A stretch of DNA of 64,000 nt from contig CAXXJJ010000001.1 of assembly GCA_963667015.2 (NCBI GenBank), positions 384,001 through 448,000 on the forward strand, given 5' to 3'. The notes under the pieces were generated by a model. It was not told the DNA's origin, did no database searches, and saw only the letters and a program-made list of their open reading frames with translations. The position numbers and the translations under genes were made by a program. Origin of the DNA: Desulfatiglandales bacterium. GTDB lineage: Bacteria; Desulfobacterota; DSM-4660; Desulfatiglandales; HGW-15. Shown one piece after another: positions 52,360-62,280 of the stretch; the stretch's first letter is position 1; every line of letters begins with the position of its first letter.

Positions 52360-54198
52360 CTATTTTACTTGATCAGGGTAGCATTTTATCAGGAATGTCT
52401 TTGCGATATTGCTGGTGTAAACAATAATCTGCTTGAGAATATCCATGAGTTCCATGTGGATTTCATGTGTCTGTATTGAATCAATCCTTTCACGGCGTAC
52501 CCTTTCAAGATGCTTTATCCTGTATTGGGCTTCAAGGTCAAGATATTTTCGTTCCCTGTTCATTATCCGTATTGCCTTATCGATGTCCAGTTCCGCAAAG
52601 GCCTCGGCAAGGCGATCTATCTGGCGGCAGACCTTGTCATGATAAATCATCAGCTCCTCTTTTCCCTCAATGGAAAAATCCTTATTTAAAACATTTTTTT
52701 TCTCGATAAGTTTTACCAGATTTCGATGAATGAGGTCTCCGATACTCTCCATGTCACTGGAAATAGATATCATGCCGTAGAGTTCATTAGCCTGTGCCTC
52801 TGATGATTCATATCTTGAGATCCTGATCAGAAACTCATGTATCCTGTCATTAAGAAAATCAATATATTCCTCCCTCATATCAAGCGCTTCATGAAGCGAA
52901 AGGCTGGGATGGCGTTCATCCCTTACCGGTATCTCCCTGATCAGCTCCTCCTTTTCCTCCTCTGACAGGTCCTCACTCTGAATCCATTTTTTATCGGATA
53001 TAAAGGGGATTATAATCCCTCTCACCATGCGGCCCAGGATTTCCGCCATGTAGGATAACTCTCTTCGTGCAAGCTCGATGGCAAGCGCAGGGGATGTGAT
53101 AGCGCTGTCATCAAGATATTTTGTTTTAATCTCAATGCTTACAGGTTCTCCTTTAATCGGGAGTATCTTTAATATCACGCGCGAGAAGAGAGAAGTAAAA
53201 GGCAGGAAAAGGATGGCAAGGCTTACATTGAATATTGTATGGGCATTGGCAATCTGGCGGGCAACGTCACTGCCGAATCTTTCGGAAAGGAGTCGTACAA
53301 AGTCAGCAAATCCCGGCACCCAGAAGATAAACAGTAAAACCCCGGCAACCTTAAAAATAACATGGGCAACCGCAACCCGTTTTGCCTCTCTTGTTGCATT
53401 AATTGATGCAAGACCTGCCGTTACACAGGTTCCTATATTGGCACCGAAAATAATCGGTATGCCTATTACAAGGCTTATTAAACCCTGCTGCGCAAGTACA
53501 ATAACAATTCCTGTTGTAGCGGCACTGCTCTGGACAAGCCCTGTAAAAACAGTCCCTACCAGAAGCCCCATCCAGGGATTTTTAAGCTGGCCCATCACAT
53601 CTATGAAAAGCGGATAATCGCGCAGAGGAGACATTGTGTCGCTCATGAGCTTCATGCCGTAGAAGAGGAGCCCGAATCCAAGTAGTATTTCGCCGATATT
53701 TTTTATCTTATCCTTCTGTGCGATCATGTTCATGCCAAAACCTATGGCAATCATGAGCAGTGCATAATCGGTTAGTTTAAATGCAATCAGCTGGGCTGTT
53801 ACTGTTGTACCTATGTCAGCTCCAAGGATAACACCCAGTGACTGGGTAAAATTCATTAATCCTGCCTGGACAAAACTCACAAGCATAACCGTGGTAGCGC
53901 TGCTTGACTGGATAATCATCGTTACAATGGCGCCCACTGTCATTGCCATGAACCTGTTTTTTGAAAGGATTCCAAGGATATCCCTCAGTTTGCTGCCGGC
54001 AGTCTTCTTCATGCCGTCGCTCATTTTTCCCATTCCATATAGAAAGAGGGCAAGTCCTCCAAGCATGCCTATAATAAGCATGCCCCAGTGAATTCCTGAT
54101 GAATGGTCGCTTCCGGCGATGCAGAGGGGGGACATGATAAATGTGGTTATGAAGACCAGAACAATTATTCCGTGATTAGTCTTGCTGCGCAATTTCAT
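52360..54198 (-). CDS. Na+/phosphate cotransporter with PhoU domains
   Basis: QSSSATT/GADIGTT and QSSAATT/GANIGT repeats; IANAHTIFN; DMESIGD. Confidence 0.92.
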   Translation of the reverse strand: MKLRSKTNHGIIVLVFITTFIMSPLCIAGSDHSSGIHWGMLIIGMLGGLALFLYGMGKMSDGMKKTAGSKLRDILGILSKNRFMAMTVGAIVTMIIQSSSATTVMLVSFVQAGLMNFTQSLGVILGADIGTTVTAQLIAFKLTDYALLMIAIGFGMNMIAQKDKIKNIGEILLGFGLLFYGMKLMSDTMSPLRDYPLFIDVMGQLKNPWMGLLVGTVFTGLVQSSAATTGIVIVLAQQGLISLVIGIPIIFGANIGTCVTAGLASINATREAKRVAVAHVIFKVAGVLLFIFWVPGFADFVRLLSERFGSDVARQIANAHTIFNVSLAILFLPFTSLFSRVILKILPIKGEPVSIEIKTKYLDDSAITSPALAIELARRELSYMAEILGRMVRGIIIPFISDKKWIQSEDLSEEEKEELIREIPVRDERHPSLSLHEALDMREEYIDFLNDRIHEFLIRISRYESSEAQANELYGMISISSDMESIGDLIHRNLVKLIEKKNVLNKDFSIEGKEELMIYHDKVCRQIDRLAEAFAELDIDKAIRIMNRERKYLDLEAQYRIKHLERVRRERIDSIQTHEIHMELMDILKQIIVYTSNIAKTFLIKCYPDQVK

Positions 54199-54296
54199 AA
54201 AAACTCCTTACCGGGCACATTACTGAAAATCAGAGTAAATACGGATGATTTTAAAAATAATGGTGCCATTTCAGGATGATGAAATCAAATATTTTT

Positions 54297-54338
54297 TAAA
54301 ATAAAAAGGAGTTATAAACATAACTCCTTTTTATTTTA
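54297..54338 (-). terminator. 19-bp stem hairpin downstream of the M16 peptidase gene
   Basis: taaaataaaaaggagttat-aaac-ataactcctttttatttta. Confidence 0.7.
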
Positions 54339-54363
54339 TCTTATAACCACCTTGTTAAAACGC

Positions 54364-57296
54364 TTATTGAGGAGATTCCTCGGGCATGAGGGTAACCTGA
54401 ATGTAGTTTTCAAAGTCGTAATATCTTTGAAAATTATCCCTGGTTTTATCAGCATCTATGGTCTTTACCGCGTCCGCGTATAAAAGAATCTGGCTTGCAT
54501 CCGGATGAACGCCGGCAAAGTAACATGAATTAAGGCGTGTCAGCCAGTACGCGTTTTGCGTAAGATTAGTCTCATTGGTGCGTAAAAAGGCCTCCTTTAC
54601 ATCGGCCAGTTCACTCTCTGCAGGCCCGGACTCCTTAAATGACCTTATCTCCGAAAATATGGCATCAGTGAGCTCATCAACACGCTCAGGGTCTGAAGAA
54701 AAATCAATTGTAATAATATAACAGCCGACCGGGAGCCATATTAAGTTACAATTGACACTTATATTATATGTTCCCCCCATGGATTCTCTTATTACATCAT
54801 GCAAACGGTTTTGCAGCAATGGGGCTGTTACTCTGAGGTGTTCACGTTTTTCAATGTCATAGATCCCATTGAAATCACCGGTAAATGCAATACGTGTGCT
54901 GCTTTTGGGTTCTTTCCCTGCCCGCACGGTCTCTTTAATGATCCCTCCTGGATTTGTCCGAATCCCCAGGTCCTTCCATTTTTCTTCGCGGCCTGTATTG
55001 GGAAGAGCGCCAAGATATGTCTCCACCAGTGGTTTCATCTTTTCCAGGTCCATGCTTCCAACAAAAATAAATGTAAAATCGCCTGCATCTGAAAACCGGT
55101 CTTTATAAAAGGCAAAAGATTTATCCAGATCCATATTGTCAAGCATTTCCAGGGTAGGAGGCTGCTGCCGGGGATGATCCGAATAGAGTAACCGGTTGAA
55201 TGTGTCGTTAAATACAGTAGCCGGGTTTGAGCTTCGATTCTCTATCATCTGTTTTGCCTGTGCCTTCACAATATTGAAGATTGTTTTATCTGCACGTGGT
55301 TCTGTCATTCTCAGATAAATTAACTGGAACATTGTCTCCAGATCAACGGATGAGCCGTTGCCTGATACGCCTTCCGTGTACTCGGTGATTTGAGGTGCAA
55401 CGTTTGCGACCTTGCCGGTTAGCTTTTTGCGCAGTTCCATGAGATTAAACTTGCCAACTCCGCTGTTTGCGATAAGAGAACTGGCGGTTTTTGCCGGGAT
55501 ATAATCTTCATCACTGACTAATGATGATCCTCCGGGACTGAATCCGATAAATATAATTTCGTCTTTTTTAAAATCTGTGGGCTTCAGGACCACCTTTATT
55601 CCGTTTGCAAGTTTCCATTCAGTCAGGCCGCCTTCAAGTTCATTGGTCGATGTAATTTTGGAACCCTCCGGTATCTTGTCAAGCAGAGGACCTTCTGTCA
55701 CGGTTGCTTTATAGGGCTCTATAACCTCTTTTGTGGCAGATGCCAGGATGTTTTTCAGATCGGATTCAGTAGGAATGGTCAGTCCATTCTTTTCAGGTGC
55801 AGTTAAGATGATTACCCTGTTCGAATCACTAATCCATTTTTTGCCCACCTGGTTAACTTCTGCCAGGGTGATTCTTTCTAGAAAACGTTTCTGTAAGGGT
55901 GTTTCATACTCAAGACCGGGGATGGATTCCCCTGTCAGGTAGGATCGTGTCATTTCGGCTGCATGAGAACTTGAAGTACGGCTGTCTTTATTTGCATACA
56001 TTTGGTCCAGTGCGCGCAGGAAGGTAGTCTTTACACGTTCCAGTTCTTCAGGTGTAAAACCGTATCGCGCAACCCGTTCAGATTCAATGAGCAGAGCTTT
56101 AAGCCCGCGCCCGATTCCTGTTTCCTGAACAGATGCCTGCAGAACATAAACACCTTCCGGCCTTACAAGTGATGACCGGGAGGAGGCGGCCCCCATGAAT
56201 GGAGGGTCTGTTTTTACACTGAGCTCATTAAAGCGTTCATTCAGCATGGCGTTGTACAGTGACTCTACCATTTTTTGCCTGAAACCTCCAACCGTCCAGT
56301 CGTAGTCATTGGGGAATTTATGGTATATGGATATCGTAGTCCCCTGCAGTTCGGGATCAGTTGCAATTGCAAAGAGTGTCTCATCATGTTCCGGTATTGT
56401 ATAAGTTTTTCGTTCCCTTGGATTTTTCGGTTCGGGTATGGAGTCAAACTGTTCATGAATATATTTTTCGATTGCTGCTGTATTAAAATCACCAACTGCT
56501 ATCACTGCCATAAGGTCCGGCCTGTACCAGTCCCTGTAAAAACGAATCAGATCGTCATGTTTGAAATTCTGTAGATTTTCAAGGGTGCCTATAGGCAGAC
56601 GATCTGCATAAAGAGAGTCTTTCAGGATGACAGGAATTATTTTATCCCTGATACGATTACCGGCCCCCTGGCCCTGTCGCCACTCCTCAATAACGACCTT
56701 TCGTTCGGATTCGATTTCTTCGGGCTCAAATTTTATTCCTGTGGCCCAGTCCCTCAGTATCCGAAAGGCGGTTTTTAGATTCTCTTCATTATCTGTTGGC
56801 AGTTGAAGCATATAATAGGTCTCGTCAATGCCCGTGGCTGCATTGATTCCTGACCCCATCTGCATGCCGATCGATTCCATAAAATCTATTATGGTCTGTT
56901 TTTCAAAATGCTCCGTGCCCTGAAAGGCCATATGTTCCAGAAAATGTGCAAGTCCAAGCTGCTTTTCATCCTCAAGGATAGATCCGGAGTTGATAATCAG
57001 CCTGATATCGGCGCGGTTAGCCGGTTCAGTGTTATTGCGTATATAATAGGTTATGCCATTGTCTAATTTACCAATGGTTACCCTCGGATCAGTGGGGATT
57101 TCACTGTCGAGCGGATAGTGGCCGGATCTGTTGCCGCAGAAAACTGTTGTGATACTGCCTCCGGTGCAGATGAGGTCTTTTGAGCCTGAGGCTGAGTGTG
57201 AGTACAGGCAGAGATAAAAAGAAAAAGAGATAGAATGATCGTTGAGATACTGATACGATATTTAAGGGCAATACGTGAAAAAAAGGTCATAAACAT
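54364..57296 (-). pseudogene. pqqL: PqqL-like M16 zinc peptidase lipoprotein with a 1-nt frameshift near 57117
   Basis: The main frame extends upstream through GKLDNGITYYI...GLAHFLEHMAF (HxxEH). The lipoprotein leader (ISAC, ATG 57296, AAGGAG RBS) lies in an adjacent frame. Confidence 0.85.
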
Positions 57297-57614
57297 ATTT
57301 ATCTCCTTCATTAACAAAATCTCAATATTTGATAGATGCAAATCACATGTAAGTAAATTTACGGGTAATGCCTGAGTATAATCCGGTGGAAATCTTGTGA
57401 AAAAGTATAGTTCAAAGAGTTGAATTATAAGATGTTGCCTTTTCGATGGGTGAGATTAGTGCAATAGTCTCTTTTTGTCAACATGAATGCCTTTATGAAA
57501 TCCGGCCAGCAGACGAGAGCTGAACCGGAATAAACAGGCTCTGTTTAATTATGACTTGCTCATATAACTGCCTTATCCATATAATAAAGATCTTCAACCT
57601 ATTATGAGGAGGAT

Positions 57615-59078
57615 TTGTTGAATTCTATCCCGGATATAAGAATCAGGAATGGAAACAATAATGGAATAAATCCTGACGGCAGGTTTGTCCTTTACTGGAT
57701 GACCGCAAACAGGCGCCTTAAGTGGAACTACAGCCTGGACAGGGCTCTTGACTGGGCTGTGGAACTTGACAAGCCGCTTGTGGTGCTTGAAGCCCTCGAT
57801 TGTGATTATGAATGGGCCAGTGACAGGTTTCATGGATTTATTCTCGAAGGTATGAAAGAAAACCTCAGATCTGCCGATGAAAAGAATATTCTCTATTATC
57901 CATATGTCGAGCCGGAGGCAGGAAAGGGAAGCGGTCTTGTCCGGGAACTTGCAGAATACGCTGCTGTTATTGTAACGGATGATTTCCCGGCATTTTTTAT
58001 ACCCGGTATGCTGAAGCGAATATCGGGAAAACTCCCTGTTCTGCTCGAACAGGTCGATTCAAACGGGCTGTTACCCATGGATGCCGCTCAGAGGGAGTTT
58101 ACCACTGCATATTCGTTCAGGAGATTTTTACAGAAGACGCTCCCGGATTATCTTATGGATATGCCGCGAATAGAACCTCTTAATGATATTAAGCTGAAGA
58201 AGATTAAAAAGCTGCCCGGAAAAATATCAGAAAAGTGGCCTCCAGTTTCTCCGGGATTACTTGAAAAAATGCCTGAGAATTTAGAAAAATTTCCAATAGA
58301 CCACAGTGTAAAAAGAATAGAAAACGCGGGAGGGTATAAGAAAGGAAAGAGGCTCTTAAAAAAGTTCATCACAGAAAAACTGACTGATTATGACGAAAAG
58401 AGAAATCATCCCGAAGAAGACGCAGCAAGCAGCCTTTCACCCTGGCTCCATTTCGGTCATATATCCGCACATGAAATATTTTACAGGCTGCAGGAACATG
58501 AAAAATGGCACCCCGGCAAACTGGATGAGAAAACAAACGGAAGAAGAGAAGGATGGTGGGGAATGAGTAAATCCGCCGAAGCCTTTTTAGATCAATTAAT
58601 CACCTGGCGTGAGATAGGCTTTAACATGTGCCGGTATAACAGGGATTATGACAAATACAAATCTCTGCCGGGCTGGGCAAAGGAAACACTAAAAAAACAT
58701 GAACCGGATGAAAGAGAATATATCTATTCAATGGAGCAGTTTGAGAATTCAAAAACCCATGATAAGTTATGGAACGCTGCACAGGTTCAGCTTGTAAGAG
58801 AAGGAATTATCCATAACTATTTAAGAATGCTGTGGGGAAAAAAGATTCTTGAATGGTCAAGGACTCCCGGAGATGCCCTTAAGGTAATGATTCACCTGAA
58901 CAACAAATATGCCCTGGATGGCCGTGACCCCAATTCCTACAGCGGCATTTTCTGGACACTGGGACGATATGACCGGGCCTGGGGTGAACGGGATATATTC
59001 GGCAAGGTGCGTTATATGAGTTCAAAGAATACTGCCAGAAAGGTGAAAGTTACTGAATATCTAAAGAAATATTCATGA
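57615..59078 (+). CDS. phr: Class II CPD photolyase-like protein
   Basis: VLYWM, SLSPWLHFGHIS, WNAAQ, HNYLRMLWGKKILEW, YALDGRDPNSY, FGKVRYM; GAGGAGG RBS before TTG. Confidence 0.9.
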   Translation: MLNSIPDIRIRNGNNNGINPDGRFVLYWMTANRRLKWNYSLDRALDWAVELDKPLVVLEALDCDYEWASDRFHGFILEGMKENLRSADEKNILYYPYVEPEAGKGSGLVRELAEYAAVIVTDDFPAFFIPGMLKRISGKLPVLLEQVDSNGLLPMDAAQREFTTAYSFRRFLQKTLPDYLMDMPRIEPLNDIKLKKIKKLPGKISEKWPPVSPGLLEKMPENLEKFPIDHSVKRIENAGGYKKGKRLLKKFITEKLTDYDEKRNHPEEDAASSLSPWLHFGHISAHEIFYRLQEHEKWHPGKLDEKTNGRREGWWGMSKSAEAFLDQLITWREIGFNMCRYNRDYDKYKSLPGWAKETLKKHEPDEREYIYSMEQFENSKTHDKLWNAAQVQLVREGIIHNYLRMLWGKKILEWSRTPGDALKVMIHLNNKYALDGRDPNSYSGIFWTLGRYDRAWGERDIFGKVRYMSSKNTARKVKVTEYLKKYS

Positions 59079-59107
59079 TTGACATGTTTTGCACATGAAA
59101 TTATAAT
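59079..59107 (+). promoter_or_regulatory. Consensus sigma70 promoter of the antitoxin-vapC operon
   Basis: TTGACA-17 bp-TATAAT; ATG lies 6 nt after the -10 element. Confidence 0.85.
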
Positions 59108-59113
59108 TTATGC

Positions 59114-59344
59114 ATGTCAAAAATGATCCAAATAAGAAATGTGCCGGATTCTCTACACCGGGAACTAAAGGCAAGAGCAGCCATGGAAGGGATGTCTCTT
59201 TCAGATTATCTGATGGCAGAAATTTGTAGAAGTGCGGAACGACCTTCTATAAAAAAACTTCGGGAACAACTTGGTAAAAGGACTCCAGTATCTTCGAAAA
59301 TGTCACCTTCTGAAGCAGTGCGTGTTGAGCGGGACTTGAATTGA
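59114..59344 (+). CDS. FitA-like ribbon-helix-helix antitoxin
   Basis: IQIRNVPDSLHRELKARAAMEGMSLSDY. Confidence 0.88.
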   Translation: MSKMIQIRNVPDSLHRELKARAAMEGMSLSDYLMAEICRSAERPSIKKLREQLGKRTPVSSKMSPSEAVRVERDLN

Positions 59345-59733
59345 TTGTTGTCGATTCCTCAGCCATCCTCGAAGTTCTCTTCAGAAGTCCGGTTGGTCTA
59401 GAGATTGAAGATTTTATTTTCTCCCCTTTTAAAAATTTATGTGCCCCCCATCTCATTGATCTTGAAATTGCTCAAGTCCTTCGGCGCTATTGTACATCCG
59501 GGGATATTTCACCTGAACGTGCACAAACTGCCCTTGATGACTTTAAAGACATGCCAATTAACCGATATCCTCATGATATTTTTTTACAGAGAATTTGGGA
59601 ACTCCGAAACAATATAACTGCCTATGATGCATCCTATGTTGCTTTGGCAGAAGCATTGCCGGCAACTCTTCTTACCTGTGATAAACGCCTCGCTTCTGCA
59701 CCAATCTTAGATGCTGATATAAAAGTTTTTTAG
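59341..59733 (+). CDS. vapC: VapC PIN-domain toxin
   Basis: IVVDSSA, APHLIDLEI, TAYDASYVALAE, LLTCD. Confidence 0.92.
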   Translation: MIVVDSSAILEVLFRSPVGLEIEDFIFSPFKNLCAPHLIDLEIAQVLRRYCTSGDISPERAQTALDDFKDMPINRYPHDIFLQRIWELRNNITAYDASYVALAEALPATLLTCDKRLASAPILDADIKVF

Positions 59734-59806
59734 CGGAAAGCGCGTGGTGACAGGTCTTTATTTTTAACGATGATTTATAATAAAATGGAGATTCAAAGGA
59801 ATAAAT

Positions 59807-60688
59807 ATGGAAATTAAAACTCTTATAGATAATCTGGTATCAACTGATGACTTTAAATACCGGCGAAATGAAATCGATGAGGCCTTAAGCAGACGTGAAG
59901 AAGTAATCCCCTTTTTTATGGATATACTTAAAAAGGTGTTTGAAAATCCCGAAAAATTTATTGAGGATGAAAAGTACCTGGGACACATGTATGCATTAAT
60001 GCTGCTGGGATACTTTAAGGAAAAGAGCGCACATGACATTATTCTGAAGCTTTTCAATCTTCCCGGGAATATACCATATGAGCTGTTCGGAGATATTACA
60101 ACCGAGAATTTACCCGCCATCCTGCTTAATACCAGTGGCGGTTGTTTTGACGGCATCAAAGAACTTGCATTGAATACAAAGGCCGATGAATACTGTCGAG
60201 GCTCCGCATTAAAGGCAATGATGTATGGCGTGGTAAATGGTTCTATCTCCAGGGAGGAGGTGCTGACATTCTATAGAGGCATTCTGGAAAACAGAAATTC
60301 GGAACCTCGTTCAGATTTTTTTAACGAGCTTGCCTCCTGTGTATGCGATCTTTTCCCGCAGGAATTAATGGATATCATAAAAGAATGTTATGAAGACGAT
60401 TATATCGATCCATGGTATATCGATATGCATTCATTTGACAATGCCTTAAGCGCCGGAGAAGAAAAATGTCTGGAAAAAATTAAACGGGATGCGGAACACA
60501 GTTTTCCGGAAGATATACATTCCGCAATGTCATGGTGGGCATGTTTTGAAGAGAATCAGTCAAATGAATGGGCAGTCGGCGATTACAATACCGGGAATGT
60601 TTTTTATAATGCTGACAGTCAGAAAAAAAAGAAGAAAAAAAGAAAGATAAGCAAGGCAAGTAAAAAGAAAAACAGAAAGAAAAAATAA
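59807..60688 (+). CDS. DUF1186-like helical protein with lysine-rich tail
   Basis: HMYALMLL..F.E, FGD.ITE.L, EYCRGSAL, MSWWACF; KKKKKKRK..KASKKKNRKKK tail; no SEC-C motif. Confidence 0.7.
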   Translation: MEIKTLIDNLVSTDDFKYRRNEIDEALSRREEVIPFFMDILKKVFENPEKFIEDEKYLGHMYALMLLGYFKEKSAHDIILKLFNLPGNIPYELFGDITTENLPAILLNTSGGCFDGIKELALNTKADEYCRGSALKAMMYGVVNGSISREEVLTFYRGILENRNSEPRSDFFNELASCVCDLFPQELMDIIKECYEDDYIDPWYIDMHSFDNALSAGEEKCLEKIKRDAEHSFPEDIHSAMSWWACFEENQSNEWAVGDYNTGNVFYNADSQKKKKKKRKISKASKKKNRKKK

Positions 60689-60715
60689 TCAAATCCTTGT
60701 ACTATTATTTGATAC

Positions 60716-61105
60716 TTAAGGTTCACGAACAGGGAATGTGGTATTTTTTAATGCTGATTTTATGAACTTTTTATCAAATGTAACAAATGCATCAGCGCCA
60801 CTTGAATGGGCCAGATGTATTGCATCGGCAAAATCCATTCCCTGTTGATACCAATGGATAGCATTTGAGATTGTAAGAGGATTTTCTAACTGGACATTTG
60901 ACAGGCCAAATAAGGCTTGAAAAGCATTTGATATTTGGGATTGCTCAAGCTGATAGGCATACCTCAAAACCCATTCGCATTCGAGAATTACGGTTGTTGT
61001 AATGAATATGTTTTCGTTGGAAAAAAGAGATTTGGCTTTTTTAAGTTGTACCTGATCATCTCCGGTCAGTAAGCGGATAATAACATTGGTATCTACTGAA
61101 ATCAT
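60716..61105 (-). CDS. vapC: VapC-like PIN-domain toxin
   Basis: VDTNVIIRLL, VILECEWVL, GMDFADAIH, TFD. Confidence 0.9.
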   Translation of the reverse strand: MISVDTNVIIRLLTGDDQVQLKKAKSLFSNENIFITTTVILECEWVLRYAYQLEQSQISNAFQALFGLSNVQLENPLTISNAIHWYQQGMDFADAIHLAHSSGADAFVTFDKKFIKSALKNTTFPVREP

Positions 61106-61353
61106 TACTTATGCTCCATGACTCCCTTTTCTATCGCCTTATTCATCTGATCGATCGATATTTTTTTGCCCGAATATTTTAAGATTCCGGCGACTTCTTC
61201 AAGGTCAGTGTTTTTAAAAGGTTGCGAGGTCTTTAATAAAATACCTTCTCCGGTATCGATTACAGACAGCTTTTGACCGACATTCCAATTATATCGGCTT
61301 CTTAATGTCTTTGGTATAATGACCTGGCCTTTGCTTGATAACTTTGTTTGCAT
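61105..61353 (-). CDS. AbrB/MazE-family antitoxin
   Basis: TKLSSKGQVIIPK.LR; start reassigned to ATG 61353 after AGGAG. Confidence 0.9.
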   Translation of the reverse strand: MQTKLSSKGQVIIPKTLRSRYNWNVGQKLSVIDTGEGILLKTSQPFKNTDLEEVAGILKYSGKKISIDQMNKAIEKGVMEHK

Positions 61354-61670
61354 TGCCCTTTCTCCTAAAAAAAAGTAAGAATTATGTAAGATTATATTGC
61401 TCAACCCATAAAAGGTCAATGGTTTAAACCCGGATTTCAATTATTCAATAAACCCATATTGATCGAAATCCTTTAACCCAAAATTTTCTTGCTATTATCC
61501 CGTATTAATTATTAAAATACGATGTTATATCAATCTGTATATAACGACTTACCGCATTACAGTGCATCTATCGCACATTTTCTTAAGAATCTATAAATCA
61601 AATTGTTCTATTTCCTGCTGGAATTGATCTGAAAATTTAAAATTAACTTGTCAGAAAAAAGGAGGTTACT

Positions 61671-61876
61671 ATGGCTACTGGGAACTCCAGGATAAAGCAG
61701 TCACAAAATTAGCCGGTTTTCACGGTATTTTACCGAACATGAATATGCTGCATCGTCTGATTGTAAGATTTTTTACCGGCAAGGGTGACAAATATAAAAA
61801 CACCTGGGGACGACCAGCGCCTGGTGTTGATAAACAGAACTGGGATCCACCGATTAAAGGTTTAAAACCGCGTTAG
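61671..61876 (+). pseudogene. Small hypothetical gene with an apparent 1-nt deletion just after the start codon
   Basis: AAGGAGG-N5-ATG at 61671 opens only 13 codons, while the adjacent frame reads YWELQDKAVTKLAGFHG...WDPPIKGLKPR* from the same point. Confidence 0.5.
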
Positions 61877-61947
61877 TTTTATTGGGTGAATAGGGATAGG
61901 CTTAAAATACATTACTTAAATTTATCTATTAAATATAGGGGGTTAAA

Positions 61948-62280
61948 ATGGCTAATGTATTTGTAGAACTTAAAGAAGGCATTGCAGATTTGACTGAATT
62001 GAATGTACAGACCTTTTCAGGGGATTTAACAAGTGTAATAGATGGAAGTGATAGCGGTAGTGTAATTGACTGGACCAAACTGCTTAAGGATGCAAAAACT
62101 TCAGGAAAAGTAAAATTAAAGGCGTCAACCAAAATAAAGTTTGATGGAGATTCGGATGCATTTTTTGCCGATGATATTTCCGGAGACATGCTGAAAGCTC
62201 ATATGACAGCGATTGAGAGCGGACAGAAAGTAAGAGAAGGTCTTATTGCCATGTTCAAAGGTGCATTAGGTTTAGAATAA
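61948..62280 (+). CDS. Hypothetical protein (110 aa)
   Basis: AGGGGG RBS; TAATG coupling to the next gene. Confidence 0.8.
   Translation: MANVFVELKEGIADLTELNVQTFSGDLTSVIDGSDSGSVIDWTKLLKDAKTSGKVKLKASTKIKFDGDSDAFFADDISGDMLKAHMTAIESGQKVREGLIAMFKGALGLE

Noticed and set aside
61710..61712. TAG after the 13-codon ORF as pyrrolysine read-through
   Set aside because: The frame closes again 10 codons later; a frameshift explains the region better.
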